Shown here: positions 12,677 to 28,082 of the stretch, piece after piece
How the letters are laid out: each line of letters opens with the position of its first letter
Numbering within the stretch: the stretch's first letter is position 1
NCBI GenBank assembly: GCA_965649825.1
Contig: OZ287698.1
Location: 821,949 to 885,948, forward strand
Length of the DNA stretch: 64,000 bases
DNA from: Penicillus capitatus
Lineage: Eukaryota; Plantae; Chlorophyta
Reading direction: 5' to 3'
The notes under the pieces: generated by a model
Database searches by the model: none
Told to the model about the DNA's origin: nothing
Seen by the model: only the letters and a program-made list of their open reading frames with translations
Program-made: the position numbers and the translations under genes

Positions 12677-12983
12677 TCCCGATCGTCGACGATCGCTTCG
12701 ATGTTCAGGCGGCCAACGCGTCGATCACAAACGCAGCAATGGGCGCACGATTCGCAAAAAATAACTTCAATCCTTTTTCGTAGCATGTCCCACATCATAG
12801 CACAATAAAAAATACGAAGTGCATGCACATTGATCTCTGACAAGAATCCATTTTCTCCACAGCAATTGCGATAACTCATCAAGTCAAGAGCGACGAGACA
12901 AGACATCTCGATATCAATCCCCACGGTTGCATCTGACGCCGTCCATCGATCCGTAATGAGTACAGGCGCTTGTGCATCTCGCT

Positions 12984-13903
12984 TTATTTCCCAACGATGA
13001 AAAGACTTTTCATAAATCGATCGACGACCCAAAGAGGCATCCAGCTCATGAGCGTCATCGAGAACCATGTCCCCCATGTATCGTAGACAAAGTTTCGTGG
13101 ACGAGCGGCAAGAAGGAGACTTCTGATCGTGGATGCCACTTGCACAGGTTTAGCACTGTACTGATGAAAGTCACGGGACACTTCGGGAAAGTGAGCAATA
13201 TCCTTTCCGTAATATTCGTCGCATTTAGATCCTGCCGGGTACTTCTCTCTCAACTCTCCAGTAAACTTCATTGCTGTGTCTCCGAATTTCGTTTCGACAG
13301 GACCGGGACGCACCGTCGACACTTTGATGCCCCACCGCGCCACTTCCTGACGCAAACATTCAGAAAAAGCATCTACTGCCGCTTTCGATGCGCTGTAGGC
13401 AGACGTAAACGGAGTCCTGAAATGTGAGGCGACGGAGCTGGTGTTTACGATGCGTCCTGATTTCCCAAGCCTCAGCAAAGGCAAAGCGGCCTGGGTGACG
13501 CGATAGACCCCGAACACATTGATGTCGAATTGACGCTGCACGTCACTGATGGGCATGAATTCGGCAGGGCTAGGAAACATCAGCCCTGCATTGTTCACCA
13601 GGGCATCGAGGCCTTGTTCCCCAACAGCCACGCGAACTTCCTCGAATGCCTTGTCGATCTGTTCCTGCTTCGTCACATCGAAGTAGACGAGACGTATGTT
13701 CCTGTGCTTAGATGGAAAATTCTTGGCGTCTTCTTCGTTGAGAACGCAGGCGAAGACGATCCAATCCTCATTCGCCATCATTGTAGCGAGGGCCTCGCCT
13801 ATACCGCTGGAGCATCCCGTGATAAGAACGGACGGCTGTTTGCCTAAACAAGCAGTGAAGACATTTGGTGCGACGAGAAAACAGCAAACATACTTGCAGA
13901 CAT
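12984..13903 (-). CDS. Classical SDR (17beta-HSD/retinol dehydrogenase-like), paralog SDR1
   Basis: MSA|SKQPSVLITGCSSGIG (50-nt intron 13844-13893), NNAG, catalytic YSASK, VRPGPV. Confidence 0.92.
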
Positions 13904-14600
13904 GGTGGTACGCAGAAAAGAATGGCGAAAGAAGTGCGTTGGCTCGGAAGAGATCTGTGGTGTCAACGACGCAGAATATTTGTCATCGATCAGTCAGCAA
14001 TACGTCATTACGCGAAGATGAATAAGGCCCACGGCGGACGGTTAAAGGGAACGTTGATAGGCGTTTGGTGAATGGGGTTGTCCGGAGGGACTCATGACAC
14101 GACGATAGCGAAACGGACGTTGACGATGCTCTAAAACAAACAAAAAAACGCATCCTGTCCTTTATCGTAGGATGATGGTCTTATCCTGTCACCCATACAA
14201 TCCATACCTAAACGTCTGGTCGATGGATAGCAAAGCATACCGATGTTTACACTATACCGTAAATCCATAGATGGATAAGTTTGCTTTGCACACTTCCATG
14301 CACCAAACATCTTTAGACATCTCAAATCGTGAGATCGTGATGCATCGTAAATCGAAACACATGACTGTGCATTTCCATTTTCACAGTGATCGTCGTTCTA
14401 TCGAGTGACGATAGAAACTTCTCACTTCCTACTCTTTGCGCTCAAATGCATCATCAACGCAAATCTCGACGAGATCGATTTTCTGACGAATCTTTGTACA
14501 GAGAGAAGACAAGCAAGGCATTGCAAAGTTTCTGAAGAAGTGCATTAACAAAGGAAATGTGCTGATGGCACTCAATAGTTCCACTCGTCCGATCATCCGT

Positions 14601-15573
14601 TTAATTGAGGCTGAAGAGATTGGCTATCATGGAGTCGATCCATGACAGCGGCAACGTCTCGAACAAGCATGCAGTGAAGTAGGTGCCCCACGTGTCAAAG
14701 TACATGTTCTTTGGATTCGTAGCCGTCAATGCTGTCAGGATGCGGTTCGAGACGACGCGTGGCGAAGCATTGTTCTTTTCGAAGGTCGCCGCAGCTTTGG
14801 GGGCAGCCACAAGTGCCTTCGAATACAGCTCTCGACACGGGGATCCCTCTGGATACTTCTGCATGAATGCATCGAGCTCCCCTGTCGCCGTCTTTTCAAA
14901 GTTCGATTTCACAGGACCCGGCTTGATCAAGACAACTTTCATACCTACATCGATCATCACGCGATAAGATCTCGATGCTGTTAGGATCTATGTGGCGAAC
15001 CGAATTGAGCAACTTCGCGACGCATTGCTTCACTAAGACTGAGTAATGCAGATTTCGACGCGCAGTAGAATGAGAGCAGTGGGAGATGTTGATGGCTTGC
15101 GATTGAGCCGATATTGACGATACGTCCAGGCTTCCCCGTTCGAAGAAGTGACATCGCGGCCTGGGTGACTTGAACAACCCCGAAGATGTTCACTTCGAAC
15201 TGGCGGCGGATGTCTGACATATCTGTAAATTCGAACGGGGCTGTGATGGACATGCCAGCGTTGTTTACGAGGCCATCGAGACCATCCTCCCCAACGGCGA
15301 CGCGAATTTCTTCTATGGCACGATGAACCTGATCTTCTTTGGTGACGTCCAAAATTATGGGCTTCAGATTCGGGCTTACACTTCGGAGTTTTTCGGCGTC
15401 CGATTCTTTACGGACGCCAGCGAAAACAATCCAACCTTTTTCTACTAAAAATTTCGCGGCGTCTTCTCCAATGCCGCTCGAGCAGCCAGTAATGAGCACT
15501 GTTTTCTGTCTTCCTACGCATGGTACAGGAGACGATATCATCCGGCACGCGGGAAAAGACGCCGACCTGCCAT
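14601..15573 (-). CDS. Classical SDR, paralog SDR2
   Basis: MA|GRQKTVLITGCSSGIG, VNNAG, YCASK; second intron after EVAQFG; IKPGPV; TAA 14601. Confidence 0.92.
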
Positions 15574-16537
15574 GGTGAAGAGGAGATTCTTAAGAACTTA
15601 GCCAAACGCCAATACCGTCAAGGCAAACGTGCGTCGCCTCTCGAAGTACGTCCGAACACGTGTCTAAAGTTATTTCTTGAACGTAACGGGATAGATAACC
15701 GCCGATAAGAATGATCCAATAGATTATGATCGATAGTGTATCGCATACATACGCCGAGAGATCATCTCAATCCTAGAGATTTCGAACACAGCCTTGCTTG
15801 TTAGGCTCTTACATTCTAAGATCCCAGATCTCCTATTGGGTTACGTATTCTTTGTTCGATTGGCATGTCGATCAGAAATCGAGTATCGTGTTGGGCATCT
15901 AAACCTATAGTGGATTGCTTCTGATAAATGATTTGAAGGAATGATGGCTTTCGAACAAGCTGCGACGAATTCGTACCTCCGTCGATCGGATCCGTTGCCG
16001 ATCTTGCCAAGTGGCCTACAGACGTCTGTACATTACCTTCGCGAAATTCCACGTCGCGGGATCGAACCGATCTCATCGCTGGCGATAATCCTCATCGTAC
16101 ACGACCGACTGCCTCCATCCGTTATGATCTACGCACTCCATGTCTGTTTATTTCTGTGATGCCCTGCATGACGTATGCGTTGGCGTGTCATGGGCAGTAT
16201 AGCGAAGAAGGCGCTTTTTGACTGTGGGTTTTTCGAACAGAGGGGGTGATTGTGTCGAAAACATGTCCAAACAACGTGAAAACACTGGCAGATAACGTGC
16301 CAAGACGAGAGAAACACCGAACACGCTGGATCCCGTGGTCCGCGTGATCACGAAATCCTCAACGGAAACCCATCCAAACGTCTACCACCACTTTCGTTAT
16401 TGAGTGACAACAGTCTGAGCAGAACCCTTTCTTGACGCCAGCCTCGTCTACTCGACCGTCGTTGTGATCGTTTTTCAGTTAGTAATGAGAAAAACGTAAA
16501 GTGCGAAAGAGTGTCCGAACACAAAAGGAGATGTATG

Positions 16538-18284
16538 CTAACACTTTTCAGGCAGGCAGTACTCAGCGGTGCGAGGTTTTGGAATGCCAAGGGCCGTACA
16601 AAAATCATCTTCGACAGAAATGCCTTCAAAGTCCGTACAAGTAACAGTTCTCATTCGGATCTTCGTTCCACAATCGCATTCGCCCCATGTGCCCAAGAGA
16701 TAGCGGACAGGTCGACACGGTCGAGATCCACATACTGATCGCCGATCGATACCAGCCTCTTCCATCCGCTCTAGGCATTTCTCGTTATTGGTTTGAGTGC
16801 CGTTGAGGTAATGACATGTAAATTGTTGCTCTCTGAAACCTTCTGACATGCGCTCTGTGAGACATAGAGTGAGTAAACAGTCAGGTAAGAGGTATGAGGT
16901 AGTTAGTACTTGTATCTGGATCGTACATAGCGCATTCTTGAGTACACTTGGACCAGTTGCCAAGGATATAGTAGTAATCGCCGACGCATTTTGCAAAAGC
17001 ACATTCACGAACAGTATCTGGCTGCTTGAATTCGTCGCATTGACTGAGTGGGAGTGGTATCCCGAAACTGTTGCGGCAAATCACCGAACGTCTCTAAAGA
17101 CGCACGTTTGTAAGGGAACAAAGCCAAAGAAAGAATGATGACCTGTATTCGAGGTCCATTTTGCGAACAATACTGTGTGCAATCGCTCCATGGACCGTAG
17201 TAGTATGTATTCTCGATCGCAGCTTCGCCTGCCTCTTCCACCGGAATCTCGATCCGAACGAGCACTGGTGAAGGCGATGGAGGATTAGGCAACTGCTCGA
17301 TCAGTTCAAAAAGATCCGTGTCAAACGAATAGATCTCTGGCAAGGGAGGAAGGTCCAACTCGATATACGTGATATCATCATCTGGCTCCTCCGGCGGTTC
17401 ACTTGGCTCAATCTCCGGCGGCTCACTCGGCTCGACCTCTGGTGGCTCCTCAGGCGGCTCACTCGGCTCGACCTCTGGCGGCTCCTCCGGCGGTTCGCTT
17501 GGTTCGACCTCTGGCGGCTCTTCTGGAGGTTCTGAGGGTGGAGCGACAGGGGGTTCCACAAATTCGTCTCCCCAATAACGGGCAGTGAAGGAACATTGGA
17601 GGTTGTCGACATCGACTTTGCATCCTGGAACGCAAGATCCACCATTCACCGTCTCGAACGTCTGTACATCGACATAGAGTCGACGGCCTTTTCCCCGACA
17701 AATGTAAACCATTTCGTCCTGCAATGGACAGACATAGATGGTCCCTCCCTTCTGCGTTGTGTGTATGTGTGCCGAACCTCGTTGTATTCACAATTTAAAC
17801 TTCGTATGGCTTCGGCATCGACTCTTTTGATCGATGTCCCGCAGAACTCATCATTTTTCCCCAGAATCCCGCTAATGCATATCACGGTATTGCAGCGTGG
17901 ATCGCATGTGGGCAATGTAAAGTCGCCGCATTTGGCCTCGCATTTGAGCTTCTCGTCTCCAAAGGTCTGACGAAGTGCACCGTTTAGAAACAGCGCATGA
18001 ATCGATGGCGCCTCATACCTTTCTTATTTCAAAGAAGACTCCACGCGACACAACTTCACAGTCGCATAGAAATGTCGGCGGTCGGTTGCAAGCAGTCTCC
18101 TCGTCCGCGGCTAAGCATCGAACCAAATCACTCTCACTCCGCCATCGTGCATTTTACCCGATGCTTGAACGAGTCCTCTCCTGCCAGTGCCATGCCCGTC
18201 GAAGCGTGCCGTAACTGATTGAGCTACTGCTACTAGGCAGAGTAGTAGAGAGAAAGGGAGACGGCTTCGCGAAGGAAACAGCAT
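16538..18284 (-). CDS. Paralog B: secreted Cys-module/Pro-Glu spacer/3xTSP1 protein with no EGF or TM
   Basis: Signal peptide MLFPSRSRLPFSLLLCLVAVAQSVTA; one Cys module; (PSEPPEEPPEVE)n spacer; TSP1-like YGPWSDCTQYC, GNWSKCTQEC, GTWGECDC...RMRTVTC; in-frame TAG directly after ...CLPEKC. Confidence 0.8.
17388..17530 (-). repeat. Coding 36-bp tandem repeat (PSEPPEEPPEVE) in paralog B
   Basis: About four near-identical units visible in DNA and translation. Confidence 0.9.
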
Positions 18285-18670
18285 CAGCTACGCCACATAC
18301 GTCGAAAATGCAGAACATATGACGGCCTCGAGGAAAAGACAGCGACGTCCTGTCCGCAGCTAAAGAGAATGTATTAACGGAGACGCACAGGGTTCATTCA
18401 CACAACTAACAGCTGATTCTAAACATCTTTGCACAGGGAACCAAGATGTACACAGACTCATGTTGATTGACGGATCGTATCCACCACATAGCCAGTGAGT
18501 GCAAGCCATATGACGTTTCGTCAGGCATTAAAGCGTTCTCTTGTGCACCACCAAATCCGAGTACTGTGCACTTATGACCATGAAGGTAAAGAGGAAAACA
18601 ACTGTTTATCACAGTCAACGGAATGGAATGGAATGGGCTGCTGAAGGTGATACGATGATGTTGTGTGTGG

Positions 18671-21600
18671 CTAATCGCTGTCGGTGAGTGTCTGAGATCC
18701 CGCAGTGCGCGGCGTTGGAGACGCGGAATGCACCTCGTCGGAACGCATGCTGTGCACCTGCGTCGATTCCGTGAGCGTTTCCTTGTCGTCTTGGCCTTCG
18801 TCAATGGTCGACATGTTTTGTGTCTCACCGGTGGAATGAAAAGCGGCACGATTGGATGTCTCGCCAGATGTCTCTCCAGCTGGCGTACGTTCGCTGTCCA
18901 GTTCTCCATATGAATGCGATGTACCCTCGAACACGTAATTTGGATCCTTCTTAATTGACATATGCTCTGGATCCCAAAAGCCCAAGTCCGGCAAACGAGT
19001 GCGTGGATGCTCGGCGTTGGGATTGTAAGCCATTGGGGAGGTGATCTCTGGTGACTTGTCTGACTCCAGAACACCGTCTGGTAATTCGCGGTTCCTCTGT
19101 GCACCACTTGTAACGAGTCTGGTCGTTGGACTTTCATCACTGTCGGCAAGGCGGCTACAACACACGATCCAGTCACTCATGTTCGATGATGATGATCATC
19201 ATCCACAAGACAGCGACGTACCGTTTGGAACTGAGGGGAGACTCGACATAGCACTTTCCCATAGAATCTGACATGCGATGTTGCGCGTTGCGCAATCCAA
19301 CATGAGAGGCGAGCTTGGTTTTGAAATCTTTCCAAATAGAGGATTCTGTTTTGGCTGGACCGGGATAATAAGTTGACGCTTCTTCTCGTTTCTTTTCAAG
19401 GAGTTCCTCCGTTGTTTTGTTCGTGGCTTCACGACTTCTCTTGCTGGCATAGTAGTACACGAGGAACAGCAAAAGAACCAGAGGAATAATGATGCAGGGA
19501 AGAAGAATCCAAACGAGGTTATCGCCGTCGTCATTGTCATACCTAAAAACACCATCCATCCATCCATTCAACAAAAACATCTTCTACAGCAATCTGCTTA
19601 CGTATTGGCATTGAACTCCAGTGAAGCTGAACGCTCATCTGCCTTCACTGTTGGGGGATCCTCCTCCGTTGTATCGCTTTCAGAATCTGGCCCTCCTGTG
19701 CGCCATCCATCGCATGAAATGATTCTTCTGATCCGGGAAGTTTACCTGTTGCGGTCACATCGCCCAGAGGCACGTAATTCTGTCGTGGCAAGCAGCGTGT
19801 GTCTGTGTCGTTCAAACGATAAAACCCAAATGCGCAGTCCTCACAGTTAGCGCCAGTGTACCCATCAAAACAATCACACTGGCCTCCACTTCCATACAGA
19901 CATCTACCATGACCCGAACACGCCACAACTCTGTTGCCAAAGCCTTGGTCCAACGAACACCATTCAAAGGTCATCGGACAGTCTGCCAGACATATGGTTT
20001 CAGAATCTTCTACTCGGTCTCCTCCTGTTTGTGCCTCCCCGATCTCACAGAGTTCATTACCACAGAGAGGTCTCTTGAATACCTCCAGACTGCTGAAATT
20101 ACACTCCGACACATCCTCAGTGATTTCGCCAAATAATGAACGCGCCAATGCAGTTTCGATAGATTCTTGGTTCATCGGCACTCCTCCGACACTGACGTTT
20201 ACTTCACTGTCGCTCGACCGAGCACTTCCTGTTGTAACATTCCATACAATTTCTTCCACCTAGTCACAATCACCATGGCTTAAGAGAAGAGGCGAATAGC
20301 ATCCTACTGGCCGCAGCAAAGCATCGCCAATGCGTTGACTGAAAGATTCCTCGCAGGTTGGAAGAACGCGACTTGGCGAAACATCGAATTGAAATATAAT
20401 TTCTGTTCTGCAAGATGATCCATCACCGTCACACACACCGCATTCATCGATTTGACCGGTGGAGCAACAGATGCCGTTGCCATCCAACGTTCCCTGATCA
20501 CATCATTGAGCTAGCTCAAAGCGAACAAGCAGTTTCTCACTTTGCAACAACGACCAAGCGCGTCGAGAACGTTGTCGCCATTGCACTCGCCACACATATC
20601 CAAGGTACCTCGGCAACATTCGCCATTGCCATCGAGCTGGACTTCATCGTTTTCTCCCTCGCAGCATTTGTAATCTTTCAAATCGAAAATGCCCGAGTCG
20701 CAACATTTTCCGTTGGCGTCGAGCAGTTTGGGAGGCGCACAGTTGCCTTCGGGTCCTCGCATGTCAATCTGACAATCGTCTCCTTCGAATCCTTCATTAC
20801 ACGTGCATCGACCATTGCTGCAATCGCCACGGTGCGAGCACCACATATTCTCGCAGCTCCCACTCTCCGAGCGCTGGAGGAGTTTTCTTGAGGTCCTGTC
20901 ACAGTCCTCAGGATTACAACGGCGCGTCGTTCGTGGCTTTTCCAAGTTGAGAGCTTCGCAAAGAACCTCGTCTCTCTCCTCGCCATCTAGCCCCTTGCAT
21001 GTGACATCGCGTTCACGACTTCTTGTCTCACACGAACACTCTCCCCATTCGGAAGGTTCGTATCGGACGATGTCGCAAGGACTGCTATTGCATGTTCGAT
21101 TGAGACGGGTGTTTGCTGGGAGAAGGCGTGTGCATTCGTCGTCTCTCAACATTTCTCCGTCTCGGAAACATCTGACTTCTCTCGTTTGCACACCCACCTC
21201 GTACGTTCCTGCGCAGGATATTGGCATTCATGTGTGAATGCTCAACGAATAATTGCCGAAAAACCTGTCGATTCATTAAATTGTGAGCATCCCTGGGAAC
21301 AGGTGGACCAGTCGAGCAACTCGAACCTGACACCTTGCTCACAATCGGCAGGATTGCAGCTCTGGCTGGTGGACTTAGCCTCAAATTGTGCAGCTTCGCA
21401 TCGTTCTTTTGGCAATGGAACGCCAAACCTGTTGCGACACGTGAGCACGCGTTCCTACAGAGGGAAGGCAATTTTTGGAACGCTGTGGCGATCCAAAGAC
21501 AGATCCTGTACTTGAGTCGCCTGGCCACCCGCTTGGTTGCATAATTCCGAGCATTCTCCCCATGGACCCTCATAGACCTCGTTGTCTGCTCGAGGAGTCA

Positions 21601-23928
21601 CCATGACAGTAACATTGACGGCAACTAGCAGACCATCCACGTCAATATTATGAACAGAGGAAAGGAGTGGGCACACATTCTTCCGATTCTGGAGCTGGAG
21701 CGGATTCTTCCATATCCTTCTCGAAATCTTCCATGGACGCAGGCGCTTCTGGTTCGATTTCTGACTCGAGAATGTCAACGTCAGGTTCACTGGCAGGTGC
21801 ACTCTCTTCTGGTTCCATTTCAGATGCGGGCGCACTGGAGGACGCTTGAGGTAGACATTCGTCCGGGATCTCAAGGACATTGTCGAACAGATCCTCCATG
21901 GCGTCATCATCGACCATCAGGAGCAAAGCTTGCTCGCGACGGAAGAAATCGCAGGGATCCATCGCTGGCGCAGATGTGGACGGCTCCGGCTCACTCTCGG
22001 GAGCGTAATCGGAATCGTAGGCGGATGGCTCCGGCTCACTCTCGGGAGCATAATCGGAATCGTAGGCGGATGGCTCCGGCTCACTCTCTGGAGCGTAATC
22101 GGAATCGTAGGCGGATGGCTCCGGCTCACTCTCGGGAGCGTAATCGGAATCATAGGTGGACGGTTCCGGCTCACTTTCCGGAGCGTAATCGGAATCATAG
22201 GCGGATGGCTCCGGTGCACTCTCGGGAGCATAATCAGATTCGCTGGCGGGCGGTTCGGGTTCGCTTTCGGGGGCGTAGTCAGATTCGCTGGCTGGTGGTT
22301 CGGGTTCGCTGGATGGAGGTGCTTCTTCGGATTCACTGGCTGGAGGTTCAGGCTCGCTTTCCGGGGCGTCGGTGGATGGCTCGATACTTGGTGGTGCACT
22401 TGGTTCGGCTACACTGCTTGGTGATACATCAGGCACTTCAATACTGCTGGGTGCTGCGTCGCTTGCTGGTGGTTCTTCTGGTGGAACGGACGGTTCGACA
22501 GGAGACGGCTCTAGCTCAGTCTCGTTGAGGTACGCCCGTAGAATAATCGGATTGAATCGGCAACTCGTTTGCGTCACGTCCACATCGCATCCAGGAAGAC
22601 AAACTCCGTTACGAATCGTCTGAAACGATGGTTGATCGACCTCAACGAAGCTCCCGCCTGGACTGCGGCACTCTACTGTGTCCCGGCCCTACAAGTGCAC
22701 GCTCTAACACACTGATCCAGTCGTGAATGCGAGACACCGCTGAAGGACTGCATTCGAATGTGTTGATGGCATTTGAGATTTGTTGTGAAACAGACGCCGC
22801 ACATACAACATCAGCACGGGGACCGATGCAAATATCTGTACTACAACTCCGTCGCTTGCAAGCTGCGATAAGTTCCGACGGATCTCCGCAATACGGCACA
22901 CATCCTGTGTCTTGTCCGAGAACAGCCTAGTACAACATCATCCTCACATTCTCCGTTGGACAGGGGATCATGAATTGCTTGTTGGAGTGTGCTTTGGTCA
23001 TTGGCTCCCACAATCGAACACGAACAGAGATAACCATCCGGTTCTGAACCGTTTTCACAGTTTGCTGTAGGAAATGAAAATCACGAAGGTGGAAGGTGCG
23101 ATGGGGGGTTGGGGTGTCTCACATTCGATTTTGGGAATATCCTCTTCGTCTTCGTCTTCGTCCTCGGGACTGGGAGATACGAGAACAGGCGGACCAAATC
23201 TGGCTGGAAATTGGCACGATAGCTGTGGCTGGCCACACGCCTGCGCACAAGCTCCGTTGCTCACTTTATCGAATGTTTGGCGGTCGACAGTAAACCCTCC
23301 TTGGCAGACAAACCAGCCTGCTTCCTACCGAACACGACAGTACATGAGATCTGCTCATCATCAATCGCAGCAGTCACATCACTAAACTCGCATCCGCCTC
23401 GGATGACTTGGATATCTCTTCCTCCCAGATCTGTCGCTCCGCAGTTATTATGAACACAGACATATTGCGAGCAATCTTGTTGAGGCACTGCAGGATCGAG
23501 TTCGACGCTCGTACTGGAATCATCGTCCGAACCACAAATGGGTGTGCATCGAATTGCCCCGTTCAAAGAAACCTAAAAACCCTCGTCAAGAAATGGACAC
23601 AGCATCTCTCTCGTGTTACTCGCTGAACAGCTGCATGGTCCTCTGCCGAAAGTATTTCGTTTCCGCACTGATAGGACTCTGCAGCGTTCCCGTCTGGACA
23701 GACTACCACCATCCACAGTTGTCATGTATGAGGCATGGCTTTTCTTGTTAACAATGCTGTACTTGTGTCAGAGGTCCTTAAACGCCTTCCCGTTGACTCG
23801 ACTGCGTTCAAAGGGTCGATTCCGAGAACGTCGCCGTCGAGGACTCGATTATTTATCGTTTTAGAAGACGTGTCGGTGAGAAAACAGCAAAGAAGAAGTA
23901 AGAAACCAAGTTTAGAAAATCTTCCCAT
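18671..23928 (-). CDS. Paralog A: type-I membrane protein, 2 Cys modules - repeat spacer - 3xTSP1 - RKLL - EGF/Cys repeats - EGF - TM - long tail
   Basis: Signal peptide MGRFSKLGFLLLLCCFLT; TSP1 motifs GPWGECSELC, LDWSTCSQGC, SEWGECSC; EGF CSHRGDCSNGRCTCNEGFEGDDC; DECGVCDGDGSSC; CSGHGRC..CDCFDGYTGANC; TM LVWILLPCIIIPLVLLLFLVYYY; tail spliced in frame (SSKR|RLADSDE) to TAG 18671. Confidence 0.85.
21975..22330 (-). repeat. Coding 45-bp tandem repeat (APESEPEPSAYDSDY) in paralog A
   Basis: 45-nt period seen directly (GAGCGTAATC at 22001, GAGCATAATC at 22046); about seven units. Confidence 0.92.
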
Positions 23929-24526
23929 CTCGCCGACGAGTTGGTGTTATCACGGAGGCCACTTTCACAAACTACGTGGCATTCTTGAGCAGCCTGCTAT
24001 CGTCTAAGGAAGACGCACCGTGCACGGAGACAGTCTTTGTTGTGGTTCTGGAACACGATGCCTTGAAAATGAGACTGAATTATACTGGGAAGTCTGTTCC
24101 GCCGTGGGTTCGATCTTTTCTTCAAAACAAATGTCTCTTCGCCGCAGAGGACCGCGGAATAACCGTCAAAACGGAAAAGGCGAGTGCGTCAAAACACCGA
24201 GCTTATTACAAACAGAGGGTAACGGAGCATAGAAAGGGGAAAGAAGCGCAAATTTGAAGTGGAAATCGATGAATCACGAGCTGACTGACACCCAATGAGA
24301 GTGTTTGTTCGCTTCTTCTCCGTCAAAGTCCATTCACGTCCAACGTCGAGCCGATGGAACCGTCAACGTGCATTCATTCATCCGGACCGTTCATAAAGAC
24401 CGCCGGTTGTCTAAATCGACGAGGCAGAGGTCAAAGGTTAGACAGGAAACTGGATGCTTTCATGATGATCATCTAGCTGTCAAACGGCAGTCATTAATGT
24501 CCACGTCACGTGCGCATTGTTCATAA

Positions 24527-26105
<1,579 letters not shown>

Positions 26106-26231
26106 AACACGCGATCGACTCTTGATGTGATCCTCATATCGAGAAACCAATACATTTACGCTCCTAGTAATTCGGGATAAGCTGACAAGTGTAGAAAGAT
26201 TTCGTTCGTATACGTACGGTGTGAAAGTGTG

Positions 26232-27437
26232 ATGTCGCGACGGCACCTCTTATGTCGGGCGGTTCAAACGGTGTGTCGTTACCTGAGTCGATATGGACGA
26301 TGCTGTCGATCGATAGGTGCGATCCGTCGAGTGGCCCAAGAGCGTGGTCCTCTGCGAAGTGAGTGCTCGAGACGGACTGCAGAATGAGAGCGCGGTCGTG
26401 CCGACGCAAAAGAAAATCGACTATCTGAATCGATTGAGTCGGGCTGGGTTCTCGGCGATAGAGGTGACGAGTTTTGTATCGCCCAAACGCGTGCCGCAGA
26501 TGGCGGACGCAGCAAATGTCTTGCAAGGCATCGAGAGACGGGCGAATGTACTCTATCCGGTTCTGACGCCGAACATGAAGGTAGCTGTATCATGGACATA
26601 TGCCAAGGGAGATGTCTGGATGGGCGTTAGGGACTCGAAGATGCTATGCATGCAGGAGCTTGCGATATTGCGCTGTTCACGGCAGCTTCTGAAGAATTCT
26701 GTCAGCGAAATCTCAACATGTCTATCGAAAAGAGCCTCAAAACCTTTCAAGAGATGACGACGATCGCCAGAAAACGCAGTATGAAGATTCGCGGGTGCGG
26801 ATCGTTATCGAAATCCCGCCTTATCGTCACATGCCACTAGGTACGTCTCCTGCGCCATGGGATGCCCCTTCGAGGGAGCCATCGATCCAAAACGCGTGGC
26901 TGATGTGACCGCCGCCCTGATTCGTAAGTCTTCGGGTGTGGCAGAGAATATCGATAGCGTCTGTCATCAGAAATGGGTTGCTACGAAGTGTCGATCGGAG
27001 ATACGATCGGCGTCGGCACTGCCGCGTCCGTTCGACGTGTCTACGAGGTACAAAGAATCGTCACATTACATTCACTCTTAGAGATCTTATTTCGAGGACA
27101 GGCATGCTTGCAACAGGTATCCGTTGAACAACTGGCGGCGCATATGCATGACACCTACGGTCAAGGCCTGTCGAATGTACTAACATCTCTACAGCTCGGT
27201 GTTCGAACGATCGACGCATCCATTGCGGGTCTCGGTGGATGTCCATTTGCGACGGGCGCCAGCGGAAATGTCGCGACAGAAGATGTGCTCTACCTCCTTG
27301 ACGGTCTCCATATCGATCACGGTATCGATTGGGAAAGCGTCCTCGATGCCAATCGCTTTATTACGGAACTCGTCGAAGTGCCAAACCGATCGAAAGCTGC
27401 CGCCGCGTTGATGCGTCGGCGGATGACTTCGGCGTAA
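26232..27437 (+). CDS. HMGCL: Hydroxymethylglutaryl-CoA lyase, probably mitochondrial, multi-exon
   Basis: Arg-rich presequence; EVSARDGLQNE, EVTSFVSPKRVPQMADA, HMHDTYGQ, GLGGCPFA..ASGNVATED; TAA 27437. Confidence 0.93.
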
Positions 27438-27829
27438 GTTTCCCTTTTTCATTTGCGAATCGTCGCGCAGGCTTCAAAGATCAGTGGGCATAACTTGTCT
27501 TCCTGCGTGTGAACTATGATTGTCGTCGCGCTTCTCATTCGGTTCAGCACAAGAAGATCCCCCATCCAGACAGAGTACAGATGTCATTGCACTATGTGTA
27601 TGTATGTCTTCTGCAAAACGTCATGCCCAATGTTTGAATGTCTCCATGCGCGACGAGAAGATAGATACTTATGCTGCGCAGTTGGCAGAAATGACAAAGT
27701 CTGCCATATGTACGAGCAAAACGACGAATGATCGATGAATCGTTGGTGTGAGAATATAAAAGGAGGAGAAAGAGGAGTGCTTGGAATCATAGGAAAGAGT
27801 GCCAACTCTCCGTCTTCATTAGAAGTCAA

Positions 27830-27857
27830 CCAGTCCGTCAGTCAGTCAGTCAGTCAA
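27830..27857. repeat. (CAGT)n microsatellite
   Basis: CCAGTCCGTCAGTCAGTCAGTCAGTCA read directly. Confidence 0.8.
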
Positions 27858-28082
27858 GTAAACGTCAGGGTATGATCCGGTCACAGACAGAACAAAACGT
27901 ACATACCATACGTCATACCTAAGTCATGGACAAAGACCTTGAACACGGGCCAAAAAATTCACGGACAGCGAATCTGTCCATCAGACGGCACGAATGTTCA
28001 CGAGGTAGTAAAAGAGTGTCATGTCAAGCAGGGAGAACGAGAGTGATGACAAAGAAAGGTCTTGTGTGCGTCTAGAGCACGT

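Noticed and set aside
23976-24257. 93-codon ORF between paralog A and tubulin
   Set aside because: GTG start, no recognisable motif, inside a short divergent promoter; cannot be supported, though a small exon is not excluded.
26350-26385. EVSARDG instead of the usual EVGPRDG in HMG-CoA lyase
   Set aside because: The catalytic Arg-Asp, HxH and GCP motifs are intact; a minor substitution.
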